32,000 nucleotides of DNA from Prochlorococcus marinus str. NATL2A (GCF_000012465.1 NC_007335.2:90001-122000), one strand, 5' to 3'; counted from the stretch's first letter, positions 16,124 through 26,193 are shown. Notes: a model not told the origin generated them from the sequence alone. A program made the numbers and translations.

Positions 16124-17086
16124 TTGGTCAATGCCAGTCTAAATTGGGCCAGCATTGTTGGCATAGTTCTTGCTGTATGCGGAGCTGGCTTATATTTCCT
16201 TAGATCTTTTAAGCCAGCATTGGCAAGGGATTATGACGTATTTTTTGCCGCTATAGGTTTACTGTGCGGCGGAATTTTGTTTTTTCAAGGGTGGCGTTTA
16301 GATCCAATTCTTCAGTTTGGACAGTTTTTGCTTGCTGGAACCACTGTCTTTTTCGCTTATGAAAGTGTTCGGCTTAGAGGTATTGCAACAGATCAAGCAC
16401 GAAGATCTTCCTATTTTGATGATGAACCAGAATTGCCCAGATCTTCCAGACGAGGTTTGTCGGATGCAGACTCTGATAGGAATTATGATCGATTTGAGGA
16501 ATCTCAACCTATCAATAGAAGATTTGCAGGTAGAGAAGATTATCAAGAAGAATATTCAGATGATGAAAATTATGGAAGACGACCATCTAGGGCGGCAATA
16601 CCTGAGCAGGCTGTAAGTAGAAGGCCAAGAAATATTAGTTCTTCAGAAATCAATTCTCGAGGAACTGAGAGGGACAGGAGAATGGAACGATTTAATTCCG
16701 AATCTTCCTCAGATAGAGCATCAAGCTTTGGAGATAGGCGAACTAGTCGACAAGAAACTAGGCAAGGGACTCGTCCTTCAGCAAGTGGTCAAACATCAAG
16801 TCGAAGAAGAAATGGAGCGCCTCCTACTCAATCATCATCTTCAAGGCTAAATTCTGATAATTCAACTAGGGCTTCGACTGGATCTAAAAGGCCTTCCAAA
16901 ACTAACAACAATATTGAAGATGCTGCTTTTTCTAGTTCTGAAAAAGGTGTCAGACGAGCTAGTAGAAGAAGTCCAAAAAATCCTGGTGCAAACCCTGCTA
17001 ATCAAAGACCATCTTCTAAAAGTTCTTATTCATCATCGACAAGAAAGTCCAGACCAAGAGATAACAGTTCAAGATTTGATGATTAA
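16124..17086 (+). CDS. ycf66: Ycf66-family membrane protein with long Ser/Arg-rich disordered C-terminal extension
   Basis: 320 aa with a TTG start. The first ~90 aa 'MVNASLNWASIVGIVLAVCGAGLYFLRSFKPALARDYDVFFAAIGLLCGGILFFQGWRLDPILQFGQFLLAG' match the Ycf66 domain. The remainder is S/R/N/D/P-rich. Confidence 0.8.
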   Translation: MVNASLNWASIVGIVLAVCGAGLYFLRSFKPALARDYDVFFAAIGLLCGGILFFQGWRLDPILQFGQFLLAGTTVFFAYESVRLRGIATDQARRSSYFDDEPELPRSSRRGLSDADSDRNYDRFEESQPINRRFAGREDYQEEYSDDENYGRRPSRAAIPEQAVSRRPRNISSSEINSRGTERDRRMERFNSESSSDRASSFGDRRTSRQETRQGTRPSASGQTSSRRRNGAPPTQSSSSRLNSDNSTRASTGSKRPSKTNNNIEDAAFSSSEKGVRRASRRSPKNPGANPANQRPSSKSSYSSSTRKSRPRDNSSRFDD

Positions 17087-17097
17087 TACAACAATTA

Positions 17098-17337
17098 TTA
17101 TTGACTAATTATTCCAGCCCATTCCAGAAAAGAGATTTTGCTAAGTGCTTCAACAAGTAGAACTGCCAAAAGACCTATCATTGCAAATCTTCCATTTATT
17201 CTCTCTGCATAGCCACTCCAGCCAAATTCAGGAATATCATTTGTGGTTGCGCTAGGTGAAAGATTTTTAATTTCTGAATCAGTTGTTTCTGGCTCAGTTG
17301 ACTCACTTTCTTGGGCTTTTTCAGTATTTGAGTTCAT
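17098..17337 (-). CDS. hli: High-light-inducible protein (HLIP, one-helix CAB family)
   Basis: 79 aa. 'FGWSGYAERINGRFAMIGLLAVLLVEALS' is the chlorophyll-binding HLIP/CAB helix motif (E-x2-N-G-R-x-A-M). It has an acidic N-terminal extension. Confidence 0.9.
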   Translation of the reverse strand: MNSNTEKAQESESTEPETTDSEIKNLSPSATTNDIPEFGWSGYAERINGRFAMIGLLAVLLVEALSKISFLEWAGIISQ

Positions 17338-17346
17338 AGAAATAAA

Positions 17347-19335
17347 CTAGTTCTCAGTAAATTGGTAACTTGCAGCAGGCAATAATCGCCAACCTTTGTT
17401 CTCAGTTATTTCAAGCACATTTTCATGATAGTTCTTCAAGGTTGGCCTATGACCAACGCTAATGCAAGCCATCTCGCGTTTGTTAAGAAGTTCATAAAGA
17501 TGTTTTTCTGTATTTACATCTAATGCACTTGTTGCTTCATCTAAAACAACATATTTAGGGGAATTCAGCAAAAGTCTTGCAAAAGCAAGCCTTTGTTGCT
17601 CTCCCAGAGATAATAGTCTTTGCCAATCTTGTTTGATATCTAGATCAGGATACCTTTGGATAATTTGAGGTAACTTGACTTCTTCTAAAACGGCTTTTAG
17701 GTGATCATCACTGAATCTGTTTTTATCTAATGGGTAGCAAAGCTGTTCTCTCAATGAGCCAAGAGTCATGTATGGTTTTTGTGGAATAAAAAGTAACTCA
17801 CCATTTGATGGGGTTTCTATCTCACCAGATTGAATTGCCCATAGACCGCTAATAGCTCTAAGTAAAGACGTTTTACCGCAACCAGAAGGCCCTACTACAA
17901 GTAAACTTTGACCTGTCTCCAGACTTAGATTTAAGTTATTAATTAGATAATTATCTTTTCCAGGGGTTTTAATACTTACATTTTTGAGAATAATAGAATC
18001 ATTGTTTTTAATTTCTACTTTAAAATCCTCAAATTGGTTGTTTCTGATCTCATTCATGTTTGATTGAAATCCTTCAAGTCTTCCTATCGAAGCTGAAAAT
18101 CTAGCTAAAGCCTCTATTTTGTAAATAATAAAAAATAATGATCCTTCAAGAAGGTTGTAGTTCAAATTGGCTTGTTGAAAACTTCCATAGTCCATTTGGC
18201 CGCTAAGAATTGGTCCTGCGAGAATAATGAAAGGAATAAAGACACTTCCATAAATTCCTGAGCGTTGGAGCACTCTTAATAATGCTTCCCATATTATTAA
18301 AAGATTAAAGTTATCAACTACAGATTTTAGCCTTCTACTTACTTCTTTTTCTTCTTGATTTTCACCAGAGTAAAAAGCAATTGATTCTGCATTGTTTCTT
18401 ACATGTACAAGACCGTAACGAAAATCAGCTTCAAATCTTAATTGATCATAATTTAATTTAAATAGCTTTCTACTCGCAAAAAGTAGTAAAGATGAAACTA
18501 ATGTGGCATAAACAATTAGGGCAAGTGTTAGTTCTTTACTTATACTTAGTAAAATAAAAATGTTTAGTGAAAATACTAATAAAGAATCAAAAATATTTAA
18601 CGATAGATCAATTGTTTGCGCAGTAAAGTCTCTTGCATCTTCTGTAATTCTTTGATCCGGATTATCGACATTCGTTTCAGATTCATCGTTGGGATTTAAT
18701 ATATAATATGTCCTGTCATCTAAATAGTCTGTTATTAGGCTTTTGGATAACCACTCTCTCCATAAGAGCTGTAGTTTTGCTGAAAAATAAAATTGGAAGC
18801 TTCTTATTGGAAGTGCTGCAATAAAACAAATTCCAAGAATCCACAAATTTTTATAACTTTCACTTTCATCTTTTTGTATTAATGCATTAGTGATATCTCT
18901 AACAAGAAATGTAATTCCAGCATTAATTCCATTGACAGACAATAGCATCAATATAATTACTCCTAGTAAAAGCCAAGGAAGCCATCTCCTTTGCCTTAAC
19001 TGACCACGAACTGTGATAAATGAAAAAATTCCTAAGGCAAACAAGCTTGAAATTATTATTCCCGACGGACCATTCCAAATCACTTTTAAGGAATTTTGAA
19101 CTCCTCCTAAAAATTGGTTGGTTACATCTGGAGCTAAATTGGTTAACAGGCTCATTAAACCTGTGAGTAAAAACAGAACTGTTCCGCCTACGCAAAATAA
19201 TAAAGCTATTAATAAATAGACAAATAGCCAACCATTGTTTTTTGTATAAGGTAGAAAATATGGCTGAGTAAGCTTTCGTAATTTAATTAGTTGGCTTACC
19301 AGTCCTTTTTGAGCTTTCGAAATTGATGATGTCAT
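17347..19335 (-). CDS. ABC half-transporter with fused TMD and NBD, ABCD / SbmA-BacA-like (ABC_membrane_2) type
   Basis: 662 aa. Walker A is 'GPSGCGKTS', the signature is 'LSLGEQQRLAFARLLL', and Walker B 'VVLDEATSALD' has the EATSA motif typical of ABCD-type transporters. The N-terminal half is multi-TM. Confidence 0.9.
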   Translation of the reverse strand: MTSSISKAQKGLVSQLIKLRKLTQPYFLPYTKNNGWLFVYLLIALLFCVGGTVLFLLTGLMSLLTNLAPDVTNQFLGGVQNSLKVIWNGPSGIIISSLFALGIFSFITVRGQLRQRRWLPWLLLGVIILMLLSVNGINAGITFLVRDITNALIQKDESESYKNLWILGICFIAALPIRSFQFYFSAKLQLLWREWLSKSLITDYLDDRTYYILNPNDESETNVDNPDQRITEDARDFTAQTIDLSLNIFDSLLVFSLNIFILLSISKELTLALIVYATLVSSLLLFASRKLFKLNYDQLRFEADFRYGLVHVRNNAESIAFYSGENQEEKEVSRRLKSVVDNFNLLIIWEALLRVLQRSGIYGSVFIPFIILAGPILSGQMDYGSFQQANLNYNLLEGSLFFIIYKIEALARFSASIGRLEGFQSNMNEIRNNQFEDFKVEIKNNDSIILKNVSIKTPGKDNYLINNLNLSLETGQSLLVVGPSGCGKTSLLRAISGLWAIQSGEIETPSNGELLFIPQKPYMTLGSLREQLCYPLDKNRFSDDHLKAVLEEVKLPQIIQRYPDLDIKQDWQRLLSLGEQQRLAFARLLLNSPKYVVLDEATSALDVNTEKHLYELLNKREMACISVGHRPTLKNYHENVLEITENKGWRLLPAASYQFTEN

Positions 19336-19457
19336 ATTATTTTTGATTATTTCAAATTCAATAAATGCTTGATTAGCTATAGGATTAGCTTATTTTTTAA
19401 AGTTAAATCTGACACTTTTTGAGAGCAAAACTCATCAAAGTCATTTATTTCTATATC

Positions 19458-19739
19458 TTAGCTAAAGCCCAAATATGTTTTTATTATTGTTGGTATTGGT
19501 AGTGAGGAAATAAGCTGCATATCAAAAGTATGAACTGCAGGAATAGTTTGATCTAATGCCCAAATGACCAAAAAAGGGGCATTAAGGATTATCTGCCATT
19601 GCCATTTGTAAGTTAAAATTGACCATATTTTTTTGAGAATAGATTGCTGTTTCTCACTAAGATTTGACCATAAATCTTGTAAATTTATGTTTGCTTTAGA
19701 AATAATGCCGTTTTTATCTTTAGCAGTTTGGGAATCCAT
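19458..19739 (-). CDS. Hypothetical protein (93 aa) with one hydrophobic segment
   Basis: ORF-track ORF in an otherwise tight co-directional gene string (def-HIT-this-ABC-hli). 'WQWQIILNAPFLVIWAL' is hydrophobic. No family recognised. Confidence 0.5.
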   Translation of the reverse strand: MDSQTAKDKNGIISKANINLQDLWSNLSEKQQSILKKIWSILTYKWQWQIILNAPFLVIWALDQTIPAVHTFDMQLISSLPIPTIIKTYLGFS

Positions 19740-19844
19740 CGAACATGATTATTTAACTATCTTATAGCGCATCAATGGGTGGAAATGAGTCAGCAACTAA
19801 GCCAGTAAGGCAATCGTGCTGATTGATCAAGAGAAATGAATTAT

Positions 19845-20180
19845 TTATCCAGGTGGCCAACTTAACTTCCTTCCGCCAATGATATGAATATGTAAGTGAA
19901 AGACTGTTTGACCTGCTTCTTCTCCTGTATTAATTATGGTTCTCCAACTTTCTAAACCAGCAGCATTTGCAATTTCGGTCCCTTTTAGCAGTAAGTGCCC
20001 AAGTAATTCTTGATCTTCTTTTTTTATATCTTGCAGACTTGGAATAGGTTTTCTAGGAATTATTAAAATGTGAGTAGGTGCTTGAGGGGTAATATCTTTG
20101 AAAGCTAGGCATTTGTTATCACTAAAAACCTCATCACATGGAATTTCACCGCTAAGAATTTTATCGAAGATTGTTGTCAT
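19845..20180 (-). CDS. HIT-family (histidine triad) nucleotide hydrolase, HinT-like
   Basis: 111 aa. It contains 'IFDKILSGEIPC' and the histidine triad 'HLHIHIIGG'. Confidence 0.92.
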   Translation of the reverse strand: MTTIFDKILSGEIPCDEVFSDNKCLAFKDITPQAPTHILIIPRKPIPSLQDIKKEDQELLGHLLLKGTEIANAAGLESWRTIINTGEEAGQTVFHLHIHIIGGRKLSWPPG

Positions 20181-20249
20181 TGAATTTGTGTAGAGAGCAA
20201 TAAGAAGAATCTAATGCGATTTTTTATAGCTTGAATTGACAAGATTTTT

Positions 20250-20858
20250 TCAATTCGTTTCTTTTATTACATCGCTTCGCTTGAAATTATTCTCATTTAA
20301 TTGTTTTTTCAGCTCTTCTTCATCAGTTACTTTATCTACAAAACAGACACCATTTAAGTGGTCTATTTCGTGCTGAATGCATCTTGCCATGAGACCGTCC
20401 GCATTCATTTTTTTTGGTCTACCCATTTCATCTCTATAGCTTAATTTGATTGAGGAGGGTCGTAAAACATTAAGGTAAACTCCAGGGATACTTAGACAAC
20501 CTTCTTCATATGTATCTAAGGTTGCACTAGATGAAATTATCTCAGGATTTATAAATACCATCGGTGGAGAATTTGGATCTTCAAACTTTAAATCAATAAC
20601 TAACAATCTCTTTTGTATTCCTACTTGAGGTGCTGCTAAACCAATCCCTTTTGATGAATACATAGTTATCAGCATATCTTTCGCTAACTTTCTAATTGCA
20701 TCATCAACTTTGACGATACGATTAGCTGGAGTTCTTAAAGCCTCGTCTCCCAGCTGATACACCTTCAAAGGGGGATTCTCGACAGGTTCTTTAGAAACTG
20801 AAATTGAGGGCTTCTTTTTTTCTGCATTTTTTGCAAGTTGAGCAAAACTGCCAGCCAA
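20250..20858 (-). CDS. def: Peptide deformylase
   Basis: 202 aa. The three PDF motifs are 'GIGLAAPQVG', 'EGCLSIPG' and 'QHEIDHLNG'. It has the ~30-aa N-terminal extension common in cyanobacterial Def. Confidence 0.95.
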   Translation of the reverse strand: MAGSFAQLAKNAEKKKPSISVSKEPVENPPLKVYQLGDEALRTPANRIVKVDDAIRKLAKDMLITMYSSKGIGLAAPQVGIQKRLLVIDLKFEDPNSPPMVFINPEIISSSATLDTYEEGCLSIPGVYLNVLRPSSIKLSYRDEMGRPKKMNADGLMARCIQHEIDHLNGVCFVDKVTDEEELKKQLNENNFKRSDVIKETN

Positions 20859-20938
20859 AGGAGTCTTAAGACAACAACTTTTATACTTTACTTTGTTTTA
20901 AGTTCAATGAGTGCATTAATCATTGACTCTCAACATCA

Positions 20939-22873
20939 ATGAAGAACAAAACAATGAGAATCTTGGATGCTGAAAAAGTTTATGGAGAAGCCCCCATATT
21001 TAAAGAGCCTCGCATAATAGGTGATTGGATTTTATGGTTAGAACAAAGACCAAACGAAAAGGGAAGAACTACAGCTTTAATCAGACCTTGGGGACAAAAA
21101 GACGTATTACCTCAGGAGTTAACACCTTATCCAAGTGATTTAAGGACAAAAATTCATGGATATGGCGGTGCTCCGCTAACAGCTACTCTCGATGGATCTG
21201 ATCTTATATTGACTTGGGTTGACAATAAAGACAACCGCTTATGGATGAGAACTTGGTTTTACGAGGAAGAAAAAGAAAAATCTTTTTCTTTTAAATTTAT
21301 ACCTAAAATAGAATCAATTTGTCTTACAAAAAAACATAACTATTTTCTTGCAGGTGGCGTGATTGATCTTGAAAAAAATATTTGGATTGGTTTGATGGAG
21401 GATGAAGAAGGGGATCATATAGTTTCTTACTCTCTAAAAAAATCTGAACAATATCCAAGAATTATTTATTCATCTCAGGGATTATTAGGTTATCTTGCTC
21501 TAAATTCTAAAGATAGAAAATTAGCATGGGTCGAGTGGAAAAATACTTCAATGCCTTGGGATTTAAATGAATTAAAATTAGCTAAATTAGGTGAGCAAGA
21601 AAATATAATTAATATAGTAACTTTGAATAATGAATATTTAAAATGCACAGAAAAAATATCATTTTTTAATCCTATTTGGTCCGATACAGGTGACCTTTTT
21701 GTCGCTGAAGATAGTAGTGGCTGGTGGAATATAACGCAGATAAAAACTGACTTAAATAATAATTCAATTACTATTTTCCAGAATCAATGGTCTATTAAGG
21801 CTGAAATTGCTTTCCCACAATGGGTCCTCGGGATGTCGAGCTTTTCATGTGTGGGGGATAATGTCGTTGGCGCTTTTGCTCAGGAAGGAATTTGGACTTT
21901 AGCTCTATTTCAAAAAGATGGATCTATCAAGACTTTTGATCAGACTTTTATTGAATTCTCAGGTATTCATTCGCATCAAAATCGACTGGTTGCAATTGCC
22001 AGTAGTGCAGAAATTACTGAAGGGATTTTTGAAATAGATTTATTGAATCAAAGTTGGGAACATACTCCTGCCTCTTCATTTAGCTTGGATTCAAAGGAAA
22101 TAAGTATTGGCGAATCTTTTTGGTTTATTGGATCGAATGAAGAGAAAGTACATGCTTGGTATTACCCTCCTCTGAATAAACAAATATTGTTACCTCCTTT
22201 GTTGGTCAAAAGTCATAGCGGACCTACTGGTATGGCTCGTTGTGGATTGGATCTTGAGGTGCAATTTTGGACATCAAGAGGTTGGGCGGTCGTAGACGTT
22301 AATTATGGAGGCTCTTCTGGTTTTGGTAGGGAATATAGAGATCGATTAAGAGGTAATTGGGGAGTAATCGATGTTATGGATTGCACTAAGGCAGCTCAGT
22401 CATTGATTGCATCTGGTAAGGCTGACAAGGACCGGATAGCAATTATGGGGAGCAGCGCATCGGGTTTTACAGCTTTAGGTTGTTTGATATCTGCTGACAT
22501 TTTTAATATTGGTGCATGTAAATATGCTGTTACTGATTTGATTGGTATGGCTAATTCAACGCATAGGTTTGAAGAATTTTATTTAGATTATTTAATAGGA
22601 AACATAGAAACTGATTATGAGAAATATCTGAAAAGATCGCCAATTGAAAATGTCAATTGTATGAATATGCCATTGATTTTGTTTCATGGTTTAAAAGATA
22701 AAGTTATACCCTCTGATCAATCTATTGCGATTAAAGAAGAATTGTTAAAGCGTGAAATTCCTGTGCAAATCAATTTGTTTGAGAACGAAGGCCATGGATT
22801 TAAGGACGGTAAAATCAAAGTTGATGTATTAAACAAAACAGAGGCTTTTTTTAGACAATATCTAAATATTTAA
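20939..22873 (+). CDS. S9-family serine peptidase (prolyl oligopeptidase / acylaminoacyl-peptidase-like) with N-terminal beta-propeller region
   Basis: 644 aa. The C-terminal alpha/beta-hydrolase part has the nucleophile elbow 'IMGSSASGF', 'FHGLKDKVIP' and 'EGHGF'. The stop overlaps the sufS stop (TTAA at 22870..22873). Confidence 0.85.
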   Translation: MKNKTMRILDAEKVYGEAPIFKEPRIIGDWILWLEQRPNEKGRTTALIRPWGQKDVLPQELTPYPSDLRTKIHGYGGAPLTATLDGSDLILTWVDNKDNRLWMRTWFYEEEKEKSFSFKFIPKIESICLTKKHNYFLAGGVIDLEKNIWIGLMEDEEGDHIVSYSLKKSEQYPRIIYSSQGLLGYLALNSKDRKLAWVEWKNTSMPWDLNELKLAKLGEQENIINIVTLNNEYLKCTEKISFFNPIWSDTGDLFVAEDSSGWWNITQIKTDLNNNSITIFQNQWSIKAEIAFPQWVLGMSSFSCVGDNVVGAFAQEGIWTLALFQKDGSIKTFDQTFIEFSGIHSHQNRLVAIASSAEITEGIFEIDLLNQSWEHTPASSFSLDSKEISIGESFWFIGSNEEKVHAWYYPPLNKQILLPPLLVKSHSGPTGMARCGLDLEVQFWTSRGWAVVDVNYGGSSGFGREYRDRLRGNWGVIDVMDCTKAAQSLIASGKADKDRIAIMGSSASGFTALGCLISADIFNIGACKYAVTDLIGMANSTHRFEEFYLDYLIGNIETDYEKYLKRSPIENVNCMNMPLILFHGLKDKVIPSDQSIAIKEELLKREIPVQINLFENEGHGFKDGKIKVDVLNKTEAFFRQYLNI

Positions 22874-24120
22874 GAATTTTTCTTTAAAAAAGAAATTACT
22901 GATTTTAGTTCTTCAGCAAGAGAATCAATTTCAGATGGAGTAGATGTAAAGCTCAAGCTTGCTCTGGCTGTGCTTTTTATGCCATAGAAGCGATGAAGTG
23001 GTTGGCAGCAATGATGACCACTTCTTATGTAAATATTGCTGTTATCAAGTAACTCAGCAACATCATTTGAGTGAATACCTTTAATATAAAATGTTGCTAA
23101 AGGCCCTCTATCAGGCTGAATTAAAGGGCTAGGACCAAGAATTTTTAAATCATCTATTTCCTCTAATTTTTCGAAAAGATATTTTGTTAATTCTTTTTCG
23201 TAATTATGGATTTCGTTTAATCCAATTGACTGTAAATACTGAAGTGCAGTTCCCATACCGATGGCTTCCCCAATAGCTGGAGTACCCGCTTCGAATTTAT
23301 GCGGTAACTCTGCCCATGTGCTGTTGTCCTTAAAAACTTCATTAATCATCTCTCCTCCACCAAGGAAAGGAGGAATTTTTTTTAAAATTTCTTCTCTACC
23401 CCATAAAAAACCTATTCCAGTAGGACCGCAAAGTTTATGAGAAGATCCTGCCAGAAAATCAATACCAAGTTTTTTAATATCTACCTGCTTATGAGCAAGA
23501 CTTTGGCAAGCATCTAAAAGAACTAAGCTACCTTTTTGGTGTGCAAGGGATGAAATTTCCTCGATAGGATTACAACAACCTAGTGTATTACTTACGTGAA
23601 CAAGGCTGACTATTTTAGTTTTATCACTCAATTTTTTTTTAAAATCATCAAAATCTAATTCTCCGTTTTTATCAATATTGATATAAATTAGCTTGCACTT
23701 TTTTGCCTTGGCTATTAATTGCCAAGGGACTATATTACTGTGATGCTCCATTAAACTTATTAAGATTTCGTCGTTTTCCTGAAGTTCATAATTGCCCCAT
23801 GTATAAGCCACAAGGTTTATAGCTTCCGTAGCATTCCTAGTAAAAATAATCTCTTTTTCATTCTTACTATTTATAAAATTTGCTGTTAACTTTCTAGAAT
23901 TTTCAAATTTTTCTGTTGCGAGTGCACTTAGTTGATGGGCACCTCTATGAACGTTGGCATTTTGAAAGCTATAGTATTTTTTTAGAGAATCTATAACTTG
24001 TTTAGGCTTTTGACTAGTCGCTGCATGATCTAAGTATATTAAATTTTTATTAATATCTCCATTAAATAATGGGAAATCATTTCTACTTTTTTCAGCAATA
24101 TTTTTTACTAAATTGTTCAC
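22870..24120 (-). CDS. sufS: Cysteine desulfurase SufS (group II)
   Basis: 416 aa with a GTG start at 24120. It contains 'YLDHAATSQKP', the PLP-lysine region 'SSHKLCGPTGIG' and the active-site loop 'RSGHHCCQPL'. Its start and the sufD stop share GTGA. Confidence 0.95.
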   Translation of the reverse strand: MNNLVKNIAEKSRNDFPLFNGDINKNLIYLDHAATSQKPKQVIDSLKKYYSFQNANVHRGAHQLSALATEKFENSRKLTANFINSKNEKEIIFTRNATEAINLVAYTWGNYELQENDEILISLMEHHSNIVPWQLIAKAKKCKLIYINIDKNGELDFDDFKKKLSDKTKIVSLVHVSNTLGCCNPIEEISSLAHQKGSLVLLDACQSLAHKQVDIKKLGIDFLAGSSHKLCGPTGIGFLWGREEILKKIPPFLGGGEMINEVFKDNSTWAELPHKFEAGTPAIGEAIGMGTALQYLQSIGLNEIHNYEKELTKYLFEKLEEIDDLKILGPSPLIQPDRGPLATFYIKGIHSNDVAELLDNSNIYIRSGHHCCQPLHRFYGIKSTARASLSFTSTPSEIDSLAEELKSVISFLKKNS

Positions 24121-25355
24121 TTTTTTATGTCTTGTATTAATTTTTCAATAAAGTTCCATTTGCCAGCACTTTTAGGAAAGTGTGAAATCACTTCATCATA
24201 ATATCCTTGTAATAATAAAGAATTAGCACATTGCTTATCAATACCTCTACTGAGTAAATAAAATAATTCCTCATCTTGAAGTTGGCTTACAGTCGCTCCA
24301 TGAGTACACCTAACGTCATCAGCAACTATCTCAAGCTCTGGTTTTGTATCTATTCTGGCGCGTTTAGAAAGTAATAAATTTCTACTTAGCTGAGCAGCTT
24401 CTGTTTTTTGTGCTTTTTGAGGAACTTCAATCGAACCATTGAAAATGCAATGTGAATATTCAGATGCTACTGCTTTTTGTAATTGATCAAGCTTTCCATT
24501 TGGGCCTTCAAATCTAATCAAAGAGTGCGTAGCTATTTGCTCTTTTGATTTGGTGACTTGCAGCCCTTTGATAATTGTTGAAGCTTCTCCTTCACTTTGA
24601 ATTATTCTTGGTTCAAAACGGGCATAATCCCAACCATGATGGATTGAATGTAGAGAATATTTACTCTTTTCTGATTGATCTACAGCTAAAGTACAAATTG
24701 AGGATGATTCTTTCTCCTCCCCTAAAGAAATAAACCCATGAGTAAACTCTGCTTCGGCTTCTAGTTTTATTTCTATTAAATGATTTTGAGCTGAATTATT
24801 TTTACCTAGAAAAATTTGTAAAAGATCTAATTTTGCTCCTTCTTCTATGAGGAAAAATATTCTAGTTGAGATTGACTTTTCCTCTATCGATGGAATTACT
24901 ATCTCTAATGAATGATTGTGATTACGCTTAACTTTTAAAGCTAATATATCTAAGCTAGATGCCTGATTAAGACAGACTGATATGTCATTCTTTATATTAG
25001 TTGACTTAATTATTTCACCTAGATTCTCTTCAATCTCTTTTTTATTTAGCTCTTCAATTCCATTAGGTAAATTAATATTTAAAATTGGATTTTCATTAGG
25101 ATTAATTATAATTCTTTCTCTATTTTTATCCTTTTCTGGAAAGACAGATTTAATACCTTTGCTATCGATAATCGTTGGTAACGACAAAAAACTATTTAAC
25201 TTATTGAAGTTGGATAATCGCCACGCTTCATCTTTCTTGGAGGGCATCCCTTTCTCTAGGAGAAATTCTCGTCCTATTGATTGTTCGTTTTTTAAATAAC
25301 CTTCAGTTAGAGGAAGAGAGTCAAGCCACTCTTGGCAAATAGATGATGATTTCAT
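24117..25355 (-). CDS. sufD: Fe-S cluster assembly protein SufD
   Basis: 412 aa. The C-terminal beta-helix region '...[24 protein letters not shown]' is paralogous to SufB. Its position is between sufC and sufS. Its start overlaps the sufC stop (ATGA). Confidence 0.9.
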   Translation of the reverse strand: MKSSSICQEWLDSLPLTEGYLKNEQSIGREFLLEKGMPSKKDEAWRLSNFNKLNSFLSLPTIIDSKGIKSVFPEKDKNRERIIINPNENPILNINLPNGIEELNKKEIEENLGEIIKSTNIKNDISVCLNQASSLDILALKVKRNHNHSLEIVIPSIEEKSISTRIFFLIEEGAKLDLLQIFLGKNNSAQNHLIEIKLEAEAEFTHGFISLGEEKESSSICTLAVDQSEKSKYSLHSIHHGWDYARFEPRIIQSEGEASTIIKGLQVTKSKEQIATHSLIRFEGPNGKLDQLQKAVASEYSHCIFNGSIEVPQKAQKTEAAQLSRNLLLSKRARIDTKPELEIVADDVRCTHGATVSQLQDEELFYLLSRGIDKQCANSLLLQGYYDEVISHFPKSAGKWNFIEKLIQDIKK

Positions 25356-26143
25356 TTTGCTATTTCCTTCTCTTTGGTATTTTTGTCAATACAGTCATAT
25401 CCTGATTTCTCAAGGTCAATTGCGAGTTCTTTGTTGCCAGTTTTTATTATTTTTCCATCAGCCATAATGTGGACAAAGTCAGGAGTGATTTCATTGAGCA
25501 GTCTTTGATAATGGGTGATTAAAATTGTTGCCGAATTTGGTTGCGAGAGTCTATTGATCCCAGATGCAACAATCCTAAGAGCATCAATATCAAGTCCTGA
25601 GTCAGTTTCATCGAGTATTGAGATGACCGGTTCAAGAAGAGCCATTTGAAGAATCTCGTTGCGTTTTTTCTCTCCGCCAGAAAAACCCTCATTTACGCTT
25701 CTTTCTAGAAAGGCTGGATTCATTTCAACTATTTTCAATCTTTGTTTTACTAGATCTTCAAATTGAAACGTATCTAATTCACTTTTAAGTAATTCTTTTC
25801 TTCTTGAATTGGTGGCAACTCTTAAGAATTCGAGATTACTAACACCGGGAATTTCTACTGGGTATTGGAAACCAAGGAAGATACCAATTCTTGCTCTTTC
25901 CTCTGGTTCTAGCTCAAGAATGTTCTTACCTTTAAATTGGATAGATCCCGATAGAACTTTGTAAGATGGATGACCAGCAATAACTTTTGAAAGTGTACTT
26001 TTTCCGCTTCCATTACGACCCATAATCGCATGGATTTCTCCTTCTTTTACTAACAGATTGACTCCATGAAGTATCTCTTGATCCTCAACACTGGCATGAA
26101 GATCTTTAATAGATAATATTGTTTCTGAAGTTGATGAAATCAC
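25352..26143 (-). CDS. sufC: Fe-S cluster assembly ATPase SufC
   Basis: 263 aa. It contains '[10 protein letters not shown]', '[14 protein letters not shown]' and '[14 protein letters not shown]'. Confidence 0.97.
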   Translation of the reverse strand: MISSTSETILSIKDLHASVEDQEILHGVNLLVKEGEIHAIMGRNGSGKSTLSKVIAGHPSYKVLSGSIQFKGKNILELEPEERARIGIFLGFQYPVEIPGVSNLEFLRVATNSRRKELLKSELDTFQFEDLVKQRLKIVEMNPAFLERSVNEGFSGGEKKRNEILQMALLEPVISILDETDSGLDIDALRIVASGINRLSQPNSATILITHYQRLLNEITPDFVHIMADGKIIKTGNKELAIDLEKSGYDCIDKNTKEKEIAK

Positions 26144-26193
26144 TAAATTAGGTAGAAAGTTGTAGAGAGCAAAAGTATGGTTTTAATTTATTC

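Noticed and set aside
16298-17108. Track ORFs 16298..16546 (-), 16317..16616 (+) and 16914..17108 (+) overlapping ycf66
   Set aside because: They arise from the biased composition of the Ser/Arg-rich tail. The Ycf66 frame carries the conserved N-terminal domain and runs uninterrupted.
17354-17369. Possible HLR1 (RpaB) high-light regulatory element upstream of hli: minus strand GTTACCAATTTACTGA
   Set aside because: The two TTAC-containing half-sites are directly adjacent (8-nt period) rather than in the established 8+2+8 direct-repeat arrangement. Each has mismatches. The site lies only ~17-32 nt from the ATG, inside the transporter coding end.
19371-19390. Direct repeat GATTAGCT ... GATTAGCT upstream of the ABCD-type transporter
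   Set aside because: It is only 8 nt repeated once, matches no known motif, and is plausibly chance.
20904-20926. Inverted repeat TCAATGA-N9-TCATTGA in the def / S9-peptidase divergent spacer
   Set aside because: It is a 7-bp AT-rich inverted repeat, which is expected by chance in DNA of this composition. There is no second copy or other supporting feature.
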